DNA from: Candidatus Multivoradales bacterium
GTDB taxonomy: Bacteria; Acidobacteriota; Thermoanaerobaculia; Multivoradales; J023
Assembly: GCA_965248925.1 (NCBI GenBank)
Contig: CBDFLE010000006.1
Coordinates: 2,752,001-2,816,000 of the forward strand
Direction of reading: 5' to 3'
DNA: 64,000 nucleotides
Part shown: in pieces, positions 37,464 to 47,454 of the stretch
Position numbering within the stretch: the first letter of the stretch is position 1
Layout of the letters: the number at the start of each line of letters is the position of its first letter
Notes under the pieces: model-generated
Seen by the model: only the letters and a program-made list of their open reading frames with translations
Told to the model about the DNA's origin: nothing
Databases searched by the model: none
Position numbers and translations under genes: made by a program

Positions 37464-38786
37464 TTGAAGTTCGTCAATCTGGCACAGCGTCCGTTTCTCA
37501 ACACCCGACCCCTGGCGCGCGTGGTGATGCTGCTGTGGCTGCTGGGGGCCTTGCTGCTGGCCTACAACCTGTGGCTCTTCTGGGGTCATTTGGCGGGCTC
37601 CTCAACCGCTGGCACCAGGCTGGCGGATATCGGTGCCGAGCTGGATCGCGTCGACTCGCAGTACGAAGAACTTGAGAACCAAAGCCAGGCCTTGCAGCTC
37701 CGCAGCCAGAATAGTCAAGTAGCCTTTCTCAATCAGCTGATCGCCATGCGCACTTTTCCTTGGAGCCAGCTGTTCGAGGACCTCGAAGAAGTGCTGCCAC
37801 TCGACGTGCGGCTGATCAATGTCCAACCGGATGTGCAGCGTTCGGAGGATTTGGGTCGTTTGCTCAGCGGCACGGCGTCGCGTCGTCGTAGTTCTCGTCA
37901 GACGAGTGGTCGGCGGCGCCGAGTCGAGATTACCGACGGCGCCTCCTATGGCACCGTCCGGTTGCAAATCCAGGGCGAGGCTAAGTCCGAAGAGGCGATG
38001 CTCGATTTCTGGCAGGGTCTTTTCGACAGCCCCTTGTTTTCAGCTCCAGAGCCCACCCGCGACGGCGTCCAACGGGACAATGTTCTGATCTTCACCATGG
38101 CGGTCAACTATCTCACCGAGGAGCCTCAGTCGCCGCCAAGCGGGGCCCCGGATGCGGTCGCCCAGCAGCTAGGGGTGGCAGATGAAGCCGTCGCTGGCGA
38201 GGCGATGAAGGATGCGGAGCGGGTAGCGTCACGGACCCCAGCCGGAGCCCCGGATGCGCCCGCTGAGATGGTGCCGGTGGAGGTTTCAGCGGGGGTCGTC
38301 GTCACCTCCCAATCTGCTCCCGGCACGGCCGAGTCAACCCCCTCGCCTTCAGTTGGGGCGGAAGACGACGCGATGAAGAGATTCAAGGAGCGGATTGCCG
38401 GCGCAAGTCGGGCCGAGCGGTCACCGTCCCCTGGTCCTTCAACCGGTCGCCAGGCGATTCGTCAGCGAGCGAGCACCACTCCTGAGCGAGCGCCGGCGGC
38501 CTCCACCGGTTCGCCGCGGAGCCAGCCAGCCGTCACCCTGCCAGGTGTGCTGAGCGTTCGACCCGGAGTAGTAGGCCAGCCCGTGGCGCCAACTTCGACG
38601 CCAGGTACGGCCGCCGGCACGACGCCCGAGAAACCAGCAACCCAGGCACTACCGCCCACTACCCCAGGCACGCCGCCGTCAGCACCCAGCATCGAGCCCT
38701 TGCAGGCGCCAGCCTCGGCCGCGCCGCGGCTCGGCGGCTTGCTCAGGCAGCCGGCAGCAGTGGTTGCTCAGGAGCGTTCCTCGTGA
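37464..38786 (+). CDS. PilN-like protein with a long Pro/Ala/Ser/Thr-rich C-terminal extension
   Basis: VNLAQRPF, one TM, coiled coil, WSQLFEDLEEVLPLDVRL, IQGEAKS..AM; TTG 37464 with GGAGG. Confidence 0.75.
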   Translation: MKFVNLAQRPFLNTRPLARVVMLLWLLGALLLAYNLWLFWGHLAGSSTAGTRLADIGAELDRVDSQYEELENQSQALQLRSQNSQVAFLNQLIAMRTFPWSQLFEDLEEVLPLDVRLINVQPDVQRSEDLGRLLSGTASRRRSSRQTSGRRRRVEITDGASYGTVRLQIQGEAKSEEAMLDFWQGLFDSPLFSAPEPTRDGVQRDNVLIFTMAVNYLTEEPQSPPSGAPDAVAQQLGVADEAVAGEAMKDAERVASRTPAGAPDAPAEMVPVEVSAGVVVTSQSAPGTAESTPSPSVGAEDDAMKRFKERIAGASRAERSPSPGPSTGRQAIRQRASTTPERAPAASTGSPRSQPAVTLPGVLSVRPGVVGQPVAPTSTPGTAAGTTPEKPATQALPPTTPGTPPSAPSIEPLQAPASAAPRLGGLLRQPAAVVAQERSS

Positions 38787-39385
38787 TCAGTCGTTGGGCA
38801 GTCTGGCAGCGCTATCGTTGGCAGTGGATCGCACCGGCTGTCTTTGTCGTGCTCAATTTGTTGGTCTACGGTTTCTATCGAGCGCGCTACGCCGGCACTG
38901 TCGACAACTTGGAGGGTCGCTATCAAGCGGCCGAGAAAGAGCTTGGGCTACTACGCCAGGAAACGGAAGATTTGCAGGCTTTCCTGACCGAGGTCGAGCG
39001 TACTCGCGGCGGCCTGCGCGAGCTCTACGAACAGCGGTTCGCTACTGAGGAGGAACGCTACACGGAGGTCAATCGCGAGATTCGCGAGCTCGCTCGCCGA
39101 GCGGGCTTGGCGCCGCAGGTCTTCAGCCACCTCAAGACTCCGCTGGGCAAGACCCGTCTGGTGCAGTTGACGCTCAGTTTCAATATTGAAGCTACCTACG
39201 ATCAGCTGCGCACCTTCATCAACTTGCTCGAGCTTTCCGACCACTTCTTGACCCTGGAGTCGGTGTCGATGAACGGTGGCAAAGAAGACCCGCGCAACCC
39301 ACGGCTCGGAGTGCGTCTTGCGGTGTCGACTATTTTCAATGGTCCGAGAGAAGAGGCAAGGCCCTCTCGAGGTGCCTCGCCATGA
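38783..39385 (+). CDS. PilO/GspM-like protein
   Basis: N-terminal TM, coiled coil, ELARRAGL, ATYDQLRTFINLLELSDHFLTLESV. Confidence 0.75.
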   Translation: MISRWAVWQRYRWQWIAPAVFVVLNLLVYGFYRARYAGTVDNLEGRYQAAEKELGLLRQETEDLQAFLTEVERTRGGLRELYEQRFATEEERYTEVNREIRELARRAGLAPQVFSHLKTPLGKTRLVQLTLSFNIEATYDQLRTFINLLELSDHFLTLESVSMNGGKEDPRNPRLGVRLAVSTIFNGPREEARPSRGASP

Positions 39386-39927
39386 GCCCGGACAAGAGAC
39401 AGCGAGTCTTGCTAGGGGTGCTGGCTCTGCTGGTGCCGCTTGTGCTGTGGCAGTATTTTGTTCCCTTGCTCGGAGGAATGACCCGAGCGGGCGCGGCGGT
39501 TCAGGACCGGGTCGGTCGGGTGCGTGGTGATGCCGGTCCTCAGCAAGTGGTGCGGTTGCACGAACTCCAGCCCGAGGTCAGCAGTTACACCCCTGGGCGC
39601 AACTTGTTTCGTTTCGGCGAGCGTCCTAAACCAGCCCCGCCGCCGGTGGCCCCGCCGCCGGTGATTCGCCGGCCGCCGCCGCCCACCGCACCACCGCCGC
39701 CCACCGGACCGCAGTTGCCGCAGGTCACGGTCTCCCTCATCGGTACTTTTGGTCCCAATCGCCTTCCGATCGCGGTTTTTCGCAACGGTGAAGAGTTGGT
39801 CAATGCCATCTTGGGAGACAAGGTTTCCCCAGGTTTCGCGGTCGCGCGCATCGGTCTTGAGTCGGTAGATCTTTCCTATGTCGATTTTCCCGATCAGCAG
39901 GCCGTCAGGCTGGAGATCGAGCCGTGA
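39382..39927 (+). CDS. PilP/GspC-like protein
   Basis: TM, GRNLFRF motif, Pro-rich linker, SLIGTFG...IAVF...GDKV...F.V.RI. Confidence 0.65.
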   Translation: MSPDKRQRVLLGVLALLVPLVLWQYFVPLLGGMTRAGAAVQDRVGRVRGDAGPQQVVRLHELQPEVSSYTPGRNLFRFGERPKPAPPPVAPPPVIRRPPPPTAPPPPTGPQLPQVTVSLIGTFGPNRLPIAVFRNGEELVNAILGDKVSPGFAVARIGLESVDLSYVDFPDQQAVRLEIEP

Positions 39928-40071
39928 ACAGACGGCGGTGGATCAACGCAAGGAGCGGGTGGCCCGTAAGCGATGTTGCAGGCGGCTATCGTGTCAATGG
40001 ACTTGGCCTAGAGATTCGGTTTTTTGATTGCCAGAGCCAGCGGTGAGAACCCACGGCAGGAGAACGAGAAC

Positions 40072-41967
40072 ATGCGGAAGATCCTAACAGCGGCGATGAT
40101 TCTGATCCTCGCCGCTACATTGCTCTCGGGGTGCTCGGGCTATCGCCTGTTCCGCCAGGCACAGGAGGCGGAGGAGTCCCAGGATTGGGATCGGGCGGTG
40201 CTCCACTACCTCGAGGCGGTCGAAGTCTATCCGCAGAATATCTCCTACCGTGCGTCGCTGATGCGGGCCAAGATTCAAGCTGCTCAAGAGCATTTCAGCC
40301 AGGGCCGCCGTTACCACAAGGCAGGCGTACTAGAGCGTGCTCTGTTGGAGTTTCGCCAGGCTGTAGAACTCGATCCGACCAACCAATACGCGGAGTCGGA
40401 ACTGGTTAAGGTGATGCAGGAAATCCGCGCCCGCGATCAGCAGACCGAGCCGCCATTGTCGATCGAGGAGATGAAGGCCAGGGCGCGGGCCCGTAACTTG
40501 CCGCCGGTGCTCAATCCGCGTTCTGTAGAGCCGATCGACTTACGCTTTCCGGAACCGACCTCGGTGTCTGACATCTACCGCGTGCTGGGCGAGGCTTTCG
40601 GTATCAACATCTTGTTCGATCCCAAGCTGCGCGACCAGGAAATCCCGATCGTGCTCAAGGATGTCGTTGCCCAGGATGCGCTGGAGATCCTGATGCGCAC
40701 CGTCGGCCATTTCTACAAGGTGCTCGACGAGCATTCGATCATCATTGCTGACGACACGCCGCAGAACCGGCGCAACTACGAAGATCAGGTGATCCAGACC
40801 TTCTTCCTCTCCAATGCCGAAGTCAAGGATGTGCTGACCATGGTGCGCAGCCTGATCGGTGCCAAGCATGTTGCTGCCAATGAGCAGCTCAACGCCATCG
40901 TCATGCGCGACACTGCCGACACGGTCAAAGTGGCCGAGCAGATCATCCTCACCAACGACAAGGCCAAGGCCGAGGTAGTGATCGATATCGAGCTGCTGCA
41001 AATCAATTCCAACAAGTTGCGGGAGTTGGGTTTTGCTCTGTCGACTTCGCAGATCTCATCGAGTCTCGATCTCGGTGGCGAAGATGTGCCGCTGCGGCTT
41101 TCAGATGTCGAATTCTTGAACGCCAACAACTGGGTGTTGTCCATACCCAGCTTCATCTACAACTTCGTCAAGACCACCGGTGATGCGCAGCTGCTGGCCC
41201 AGCCAAAGCTGCGGATCAGTGAGGGTGAGAAGGGTTCCTTGGTGATCGGCGACCGGGTGCCGATCCCCACCACTACCTTCAACACCTCCAACACCGCCGG
41301 CACCAACATCGTGCCGATCACCTCCTTTCAGTACCAGGAGGTGGGTATCAAGATCGATATCGAGCCACGGGTGCATCACAACGACGAGATCAGCCTGAAG
41401 CTGAGCATCGAGGTGTCTAATATTTCTGGCCAGGTGGAAGGGTCTGGCGGCCAGAATCAGCCGATCATCGGCACCCGTACCATCGAGTCGGCGATTCGCT
41501 TGCGCGATGGCGAGACCAACTTTCTCGCCGGCTTGATCCGTACCGATGAGATCCAGAACGAGAGCAGCGTCCCCGGCCTCGGCGATCTGCCGATCATCGG
41601 TCGCCTGTTCCGCAACAACCGCACCGACCGCCAACGCACCGACATCGTGCTGACTCTGACCCCGCACATCGTTCGCCGTGCGGATATCACCGAGCGCGAT
41701 CTGCAGCCGATCTGGGTCGGCACCGAGGCCAACATCACCTTCCGCGGCAATTCGACGCGGGTGGAGTCCAACGTCCAGGGTCCCTTCGATGGCGATAGCG
41801 ATGCCCGCAGCCGGGTGCAGGAGCGCTTGCGCCAGCGTCTACGGTCGCTGCCGCGAGGTTTGCAAGACAGTGGTCAAGAGGGCGGCGAGCCGGGCCAGGA
41901 AGATCCTGAGCAGCCGGGGATAGAACTTGCCCCGAGCGGCTTCAACAAACCGGAAGGCGAGCGGTGA
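40072..41967 (+). CDS. Secretin (GspD/PilQ family), lipoprotein with N-terminal TPR repeats
   Basis: Lipobox LLSGC, TPR (ALLEFRQAVELDPTN), N-domains, secretin core LLAQPKL, YQEVGIKIDIEP, VPGLGDLPIIGRLF, LTLTPHIV. Confidence 0.92.
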   Translation: MRKILTAAMILILAATLLSGCSGYRLFRQAQEAEESQDWDRAVLHYLEAVEVYPQNISYRASLMRAKIQAAQEHFSQGRRYHKAGVLERALLEFRQAVELDPTNQYAESELVKVMQEIRARDQQTEPPLSIEEMKARARARNLPPVLNPRSVEPIDLRFPEPTSVSDIYRVLGEAFGINILFDPKLRDQEIPIVLKDVVAQDALEILMRTVGHFYKVLDEHSIIIADDTPQNRRNYEDQVIQTFFLSNAEVKDVLTMVRSLIGAKHVAANEQLNAIVMRDTADTVKVAEQIILTNDKAKAEVVIDIELLQINSNKLRELGFALSTSQISSSLDLGGEDVPLRLSDVEFLNANNWVLSIPSFIYNFVKTTGDAQLLAQPKLRISEGEKGSLVIGDRVPIPTTTFNTSNTAGTNIVPITSFQYQEVGIKIDIEPRVHHNDEISLKLSIEVSNISGQVEGSGGQNQPIIGTRTIESAIRLRDGETNFLAGLIRTDEIQNESSVPGLGDLPIIGRLFRNNRTDRQRTDIVLTLTPHIVRRADITERDLQPIWVGTEANITFRGNSTRVESNVQGPFDGDSDARSRVQERLRQRLRSLPRGLQDSGQEGGEPGQEDPEQPGIELAPSGFNKPEGER

Positions 41968-42452
41968 AACGTTGGTTCGAGCGCCGCCGCCGGCTGCCCG
42001 GAGGCGCGGGCTACAGCTTTGTCGAGCTGCTGGTAGTGTGCGTGGTGCTAGTCATTCTGGCCGGGGTCAGCTTTCCGCTGGCGCGGCACTCGTTGCGCAG
42101 TGTCAAGGAACGTGAGCTGCGTGCCGCTCTGCGTCAGGTGCGCAACGCGATCGACGACTACAAACGCTTCAGCGATGCTGGCCTGCTGCCGGTCGAGTTC
42201 GGCACCGAGGGCTATCCCACCGATTTTGAAGTGCTGGTCGAGGGAGTCGAGTTGGTCGGTGACGCCTCGGGCAAGAAACACCGTTTCCTGCGCCGTATCC
42301 CGATCGATCCGATGACCGGCAAGGACGAATGGGGCAGACGCTGTTTCGGGGATGATTGGGATGCGGAGAGCTGGTGTGGTGACAACCTATTCGACATCTA
42401 TTCCGAGAGCAGCAGCACTGGGCTGAACGAGATCCCCTACTTTGAATGGTGA
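41964..42452 (+). CDS. Type II secretion pseudopilin-like protein
   Basis: Prepilin site G|YSFVELLVV; KERELRAALRQVRNAIDDYK; FLRRIPIDPMTG. Confidence 0.85.
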   Translation: MKRWFERRRRLPGGAGYSFVELLVVCVVLVILAGVSFPLARHSLRSVKERELRAALRQVRNAIDDYKRFSDAGLLPVEFGTEGYPTDFEVLVEGVELVGDASGKKHRFLRRIPIDPMTGKDEWGRRCFGDDWDAESWCGDNLFDIYSESSSTGLNEIPYFEW

Positions 42453-42529
42453 AATTGGACGGCCAGGCTGAACCGGACGTAAAAGAACTTAGAGGCCGAC
42501 GTGTTCGATAAATCAAGCTGAGAGCTACC

Positions 42530-42979
42530 ATGAGCCAGTCACCGAACCCAATGCCGCGTCGCCAAGGCGGCTTTACCCTTCTCGAATTGATCGTCGTCGT
42601 GGCGATGATCGGCATCCTTGCCTCCATGGCGCTGCCGGCGCTGATCAACATGCCGCTGCGCGCCAAAGAGGCAGTGCTGAAGAACAACCTGCGCACCTTG
42701 CGTGAGGTGATCGATCAGCACTACGGCGACAAGGGGATCTACCCGCCGAGCCTGGAAGCGTTGGTCGACGAAGGCTATCTGCGCTCCGTGCCGATCGACC
42801 CGATGATTGGTCTGCCCGAGTGGGAGCTGGTGTTCGACGAAGGCGGTGACGACATCGAAGATATCGATTGGCTCGATCTCGACGATGGCGAGGGCTCGGG
42901 ACCTGGCATTATCGATATCCACTCGACCTTCGACGGCAGAGAAAGTCTGCTTGACGGCACTCCCTACGCCGAATGGTGA
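42530..42979 (+). CDS. GspG-like pseudopilin
   Basis: G|FTLLELIVVVAMIGILA; YPPSLEALVDEGYLRSVPIDP. Confidence 0.88.
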   Translation: MSQSPNPMPRRQGGFTLLELIVVVAMIGILASMALPALINMPLRAKEAVLKNNLRTLREVIDQHYGDKGIYPPSLEALVDEGYLRSVPIDPMIGLPEWELVFDEGGDDIEDIDWLDLDDGEGSGPGIIDIHSTFDGRESLLDGTPYAEW

Positions 42980-43764
42980 AGCGAGAAGGCGAGCACGCCT
43001 ACAATTTGGTCGTTCTGGTGATGGCGATCACCGTCATGAACATCATGATTGCCATGGCATTGCCAGCCACTAGCCAGCAGTTACGCCGCGACAAAGAGGA
43101 AGAGCTGATCTTCCGCGGTTTGCAATACGCCGAGGCGCTGCGTCGCTTTCAGCTCGACAACCAACGCCAGCCGGTGCGCTTTGACGAGTTGATGGAAGAT
43201 TTTGGTAAGCCGCGAGCGATTCGTCGGCTGTGGCCCAATCCGATGACCGAAGACGGTTCTTGGGCATTGCTGTTGGTGGCCGGCCAAGGACCCCCGGGTC
43301 AGGATCTTGTTAACCCCGCTGCAGACGAGCGAGACAGCCACTCCGCAGACGGCGTTCCGACGGTGCCGATTGGCGAAGTGCCAAAGCGGGGAGAAGAGGA
43401 GTTTGGGGGCTTCGGCAAGAACGATGCACTGAGCGTCCTGGGCCCGATCCGCGGCGTCTACAGTCTCGAAGGTGGCGAGTCGGTGAAGTCGTTTTTTGGC
43501 AGTTTCGAGATTTCCGAATGGCAGTTCACCGCCGACTTGGTGGCGCCGCAGGCTGGTGGTGCAGGGGGTTCAGGCGGGGGCCAACAACAAGTCGCCGCCC
43601 AGCAAGCGGGGGGGCAACGCCCTCCCATCGGTAGAATGATCGGTCGGCCTTTCCCGATCACGCCGCCAGGCGGCGGCTTGCCCGGCGCTCCGGGCCTCCA
43701 GCCTCCTGGTCCGCTCGGTGGGGGGCCCAAACCGCCCCTGGGCGGCAAGACTCAGGAAGAATAG
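42973..43764 (+). CDS. Atypical minor pseudopilin-like protein with a Gly/Pro-rich tail
   Basis: A|YNLVVLVMAITVM hydrophobic N-terminus; RRDKEEELIFRGLQYAEA; IRRLWPNPMT. Confidence 0.7.
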   Translation: MVKREGEHAYNLVVLVMAITVMNIMIAMALPATSQQLRRDKEEELIFRGLQYAEALRRFQLDNQRQPVRFDELMEDFGKPRAIRRLWPNPMTEDGSWALLLVAGQGPPGQDLVNPAADERDSHSADGVPTVPIGEVPKRGEEEFGGFGKNDALSVLGPIRGVYSLEGGESVKSFFGSFEISEWQFTADLVAPQAGGAGGSGGGQQQVAAQQAGGQRPPIGRMIGRPFPITPPGGGLPGAPGLQPPGPLGGGPKPPLGGKTQEE

Positions 43765-43770
43765 GCGGCG

Positions 43771-44208
43771 ATGAAAGTCCGCCTGCGCCGTTTGGCGACC
43801 GATTTGCCTCTGCCCGGCCGAGCTTCCGCCGGCAGTGCCGGGTTCGATCTGCGAGCCGCGGTCGATGCACCGCTCACCCTCAGCCCTGGTCAGCGTGCCC
43901 TGGTACCCACCGGTTTGGCTATTGAGTTACCCTTGGGCTGGGAAGGCCAGCTACGGCCGCGCAGCGGCCTGGCTTTGCGCCACGGTGTGACTTTGCTCAA
44001 TTCTCCAGGTACCATCGACAGTGACTATCGAGGCGAGATTGGGGTGATTTTGATCCATCACGGCAGCGAGCCGTTCATCGTCGAGCGCGGTGAGCGCATT
44101 GCCCAGCTGGTACTGGCGCCGGTTGCGGAAGCGGCCTGGGAAGAGGTCTCGGAGTTGTCTGTCAGCGAGCGCGGCAGCGGCGGCTTCGGTTCTAGCGGTC
44201 GCCACTAG
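43771..44208 (+). CDS. dut: dUTP diphosphatase
   Basis: [39 protein letters not shown]. Confidence 0.97.
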   Translation: MKVRLRRLATDLPLPGRASAGSAGFDLRAAVDAPLTLSPGQRALVPTGLAIELPLGWEGQLRPRSGLALRHGVTLLNSPGTIDSDYRGEIGVILIHHGSEPFIVERGERIAQLVLAPVAEAAWEEVSELSVSERGSGGFGSSGRH

Positions 44209-44229
44209 CGGCGCGCCAGAGAGCGTTTG

Positions 44230-45711
44230 ATGGATCCTCGACTTCTCCATTCTCAACCCGTCCGCTCTCACCGTCTGGCCATGCTGTGCCTGGCGGTGGC
44301 TTTGCAGAGCTTCGCTGCGCTCTCCGCTGCGGAAGATGCCGCAACGGAAGATGCCGCTACGCTAGCCGCCCGCGCCCAGGCGGTGCTGGCAGCGGGCCAT
44401 GCCGAAGAGGCTAGCGAACTCTTTGCTCGGCTGACTCAGCTTAACCCCTTGGCGGAGGACGCCTGGCTCGGTTTGGCGCAGACCTATGAGCGCCGCGGGC
44501 AGCCGCTCGCCGCGCTCGAACCCGCCCGGCGAGCGGTAACACTGGCGCCGACCAGTGCTGCGGCGCGGTTGACAGTGGGCCGCCTGCTCGCCCGCCTGGG
44601 TTCGGTGGAGCAGGCGCAGGCCGCCTTTGCCGCTGCTCGCCAGCTCGATCCGCTGCTTGAGCCCGCCTATCTCTTGCCTGCTTTGCTGCACCGCGACGCG
44701 GGCCGCACGGCAGCCGCTGTCAAGTTACTCGAGGAGGCCAGCGCCGCGGGCGCGGCGGGTGCCGATGTCCACGAACAGTTGGCTCTGCTGCTGCTGACTT
44801 CAGGCAAGGCCGAACGGGCCGCCGCTGTTGCCCAGCCGGTCCTCGCCGAGCATCCCACCCACGCCGGATTGCAGCGGGCTCTGGGCATGGCCTTGGCTGC
44901 TCTACCGGATGGCGCCGAGCGAGCCGTCGTGGCCTTGCAGCAAGCCTTGAAACTTGGCGTCGAGACCCCCGGCCAAATCTACTTGGTTCTTGGCCAGCTG
45001 CAGCTCGACACCAACCAGGCCGCCGCAGCAGTGGTTCAGCTGCGGCTGGCAACTGACTACTTGCCCGAGCTGCCGGAAGCGCACTACCGCCTGGCGTTGG
45101 CTTTGCGGGCCACTGGTCAGACCGCGGCGGCGGCGGTGGCCTTGCAGCGCTTCCAACAGCTCAGCCGTCAGCTCGAAGATGTTGAGCGCACAGCTAAAGA
45201 GCTGGGCACCGCGTTCAACGAAGCCCAGACACTGGCCGTCCAAAACCAACTTGCAGCAGCCCTGGAGCGGACCGAGGCGATCCTGACTGAGCGGCCCGAT
45301 CATCCGCAGACCTTGGCCTTACGCGGCAAGGTGCTGTTCTCGATGGGTCGGATCGAGCCGGCCCTGGCCAGCCTGCACCGCGCCCGCCAGCTCGATCCCG
45401 GAAAAGTCGAGTACCACTATCTTGAAGGGCTCGTATTGCAGCGCACCGGCCAGCCCGTCGCGGCCGTCGAGGCCTTGACCCGCGCGGTGGCCCTGCGGCC
45501 GGATCTGGGTGAAGCCCACGCGCTGTTGGGCCTGGCCCACTCCAAGCTTGCCCGAGCAGCGCCAGCGGTTCGCCACTTTGCTCTGGCTCTCGAACTCGGG
45601 GCCGAAGGCGCCGAGCTGCGCATGGCCTATGCCTATGCCCTCGAGAGTCTGGGTCGCCAGGCCGAGAGCGAAATCCAATTCGCCGCCTACCGACGGTTGC
45701 GCAAGCCGTGA
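44230..45711 (+). CDS. Secreted tetratricopeptide-repeat protein
   Basis: Signal-like segment followed by many TPR units (AWLGLAQTY, AHYRLALAL, AHALLGLAH). Confidence 0.85.
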   Translation: MDPRLLHSQPVRSHRLAMLCLAVALQSFAALSAAEDAATEDAATLAARAQAVLAAGHAEEASELFARLTQLNPLAEDAWLGLAQTYERRGQPLAALEPARRAVTLAPTSAAARLTVGRLLARLGSVEQAQAAFAAARQLDPLLEPAYLLPALLHRDAGRTAAAVKLLEEASAAGAAGADVHEQLALLLLTSGKAERAAAVAQPVLAEHPTHAGLQRALGMALAALPDGAERAVVALQQALKLGVETPGQIYLVLGQLQLDTNQAAAAVVQLRLATDYLPELPEAHYRLALALRATGQTAAAAVALQRFQQLSRQLEDVERTAKELGTAFNEAQTLAVQNQLAAALERTEAILTERPDHPQTLALRGKVLFSMGRIEPALASLHRARQLDPGKVEYHYLEGLVLQRTGQPVAAVEALTRAVALRPDLGEAHALLGLAHSKLARAAPAVRHFALALELGAEGAELRMAYAYALESLGRQAESEIQFAAYRRLRKP

Positions 45712-47375
45712 TCAGGCTCGGCTGTGCCTTGCTGGTTGTTGTTGCCACCACTCTGCCGGCGCTGTCGCAGGCTGCGGTGCCACGTTTTGTCGAACGTTCG
45801 GCAAGGCTAGGGGTCGATTTTGTCCATCGGCACTTCGGTCGGGGCGAGAAATACATGCCCGAGAACATGGGCTCTGGCGTAGCGATTCTCGATGTTGACG
45901 GCGATGGTCGGCTGGACCTCTATTTCGTCCAGGGAGCCCCCTTGGGACCCGGCGCCAAGCCAGACCCGACGGCTACCAATCGCCTCTATCGGCAGCGTGC
46001 CAACGGCACCTTCGAAGATGTCAGCCTCCCTTCGGGGGCCGCCGATCCGGGCTACGGCATGGGAGTGGCCTATGCCGACTACGACGGCGATGGTGACTTC
46101 GACCTCTTCATCACCAACTTTGGCGCCAACGCGCTCTACCGTAATCGTGGTGACGGCACCTTCGATAGCGTCACCGCGGCGGCCGGTATTGGTGCCGCAG
46201 CGTGGTCCACCGGCGCCGGCTTCTTCGATGCTGATGGTGATGGCGACCTCGACCTCTACGTGTCGAACTACGTCGACTTTGCTTTTGCTCGGCACAAGTG
46301 GTGCGGCAACGCCGAGAAGCGCTTGCGCTCCTACTGCCACCCAGACCTCTACGACGGCCTAGCCGACCTGCTCTACCGCAACAACGGCGATGGTAGCTTC
46401 ACCGATATCAGCCAGCAGGCCGGTCTGTTGCGCTCGGTGCGCGATGCCAAGGGTTTGGGCCTGGCCTTTGGTGATTTCGATGGTGATGGCCGGCAGGATG
46501 TTTTCGTCGCCAACGATTCGGCGATGAACCACCTCTATCTCAGCGGCAGTGATGGCCGATTCGGCGAACAGGCACTGCTCGCCGGGGTGGGATTCAATGC
46601 CGCCGGTGGTGCCGAGGCCGGCATGGGGGTAGCGCTAGGCGACTTCGATGGTGACGGCCGCGTCGACCTCTTCCTCACTCATCTCGACCAGGAGACCAAC
46701 ACCCTGTACCGCAACCAGGGCGGCGGCAACTTCATCGACACCACTCGCCGCGCTGGATTGGCGAGCGCCAGCTTGCCGTGGGTGGGTTTTGGAGCAGTGC
46801 CGTTCGACTTCGACAACGACGGCGATCTCGACCTCTTCGTCGCCAACGGCCACATCCTCGACAACGTCGAATTGTTCGACCCCACCAGCAGCTGGCGCCA
46901 GCCGGCGCAGCTGTTCGAGAACCAGGGAGACGGCAGTTTCGTCGAGATCTCAACCGCTCTTGGCCTGAGCGAGCCCTGGGTCGGCCGTGGAGCCGCCGCC
47001 GCCGATCTCGACCGTGATGGCGATCTCGACCTGGTCGTCTCCCAGAACAACGGCCCGGCTCGGGTGCTGATCAACCAAGGCACGGTAGGCGGCTACCTCG
47101 CCGTCGAGCTAAGCGGCACGAATCGCAACCTGCATGCATTGGGCGCTCGGCTCGAACTGAGAGTTGGCGAACGTCGTTTGACTCGCTGGATCAAGAGTTC
47201 TGGCAGCTATCTCTCCCAGAGCCCTCCGATCGCCTGGTTCGGGCTTGGCGAAGCCAAGCTGACCGATGAGCTGCGGGTAACCTGGTTGACCGGCAAGACA
47301 AGGCGGTACCTTGGCCTGGGTGTTGGTCATCGCATCTTGAGGTTGCAGGACGGCTTGCCGGTGGCCAAGCCCTAG
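45708..47375 (+). CDS. CRTAC1-family protein (FG-GAP repeats plus ASPIC/UnbV domain)
   Basis: Repeated DxDGDGxxDL motifs, NxLYRNxGDGTF, C-terminal SGSYLSQS...FGLG. Confidence 0.9.
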   Translation: MIRLGCALLVVVATTLPALSQAAVPRFVERSARLGVDFVHRHFGRGEKYMPENMGSGVAILDVDGDGRLDLYFVQGAPLGPGAKPDPTATNRLYRQRANGTFEDVSLPSGAADPGYGMGVAYADYDGDGDFDLFITNFGANALYRNRGDGTFDSVTAAAGIGAAAWSTGAGFFDADGDGDLDLYVSNYVDFAFARHKWCGNAEKRLRSYCHPDLYDGLADLLYRNNGDGSFTDISQQAGLLRSVRDAKGLGLAFGDFDGDGRQDVFVANDSAMNHLYLSGSDGRFGEQALLAGVGFNAAGGAEAGMGVALGDFDGDGRVDLFLTHLDQETNTLYRNQGGGNFIDTTRRAGLASASLPWVGFGAVPFDFDNDGDLDLFVANGHILDNVELFDPTSSWRQPAQLFENQGDGSFVEISTALGLSEPWVGRGAAAADLDRDGDLDLVVSQNNGPARVLINQGTVGGYLAVELSGTNRNLHALGARLELRVGERRLTRWIKSSGSYLSQSPPIAWFGLGEAKLTDELRVTWLTGKTRRYLGLGVGHRILRLQDGLPVAKP

Positions 47376-47381
47376 CCCACG

Positions 47382-47410
47382 AAAAAGGGCCTCCCGCGGT
47401 GGGAGACCCT
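47382..47410 (-). terminator. Intrinsic terminator of the TonB-dependent receptor gene
   Basis: Minus strand AGGGTCTCCC-accgc-GGGAGGCCCT followed by a T run; two further small hairpins lie between it and the stop. Confidence 0.7.
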
Positions 47411-47454
47411 GATCGTCCAGAGAGAGCCCGGTGGGCTCCCCGCAGGCGAGGGGA

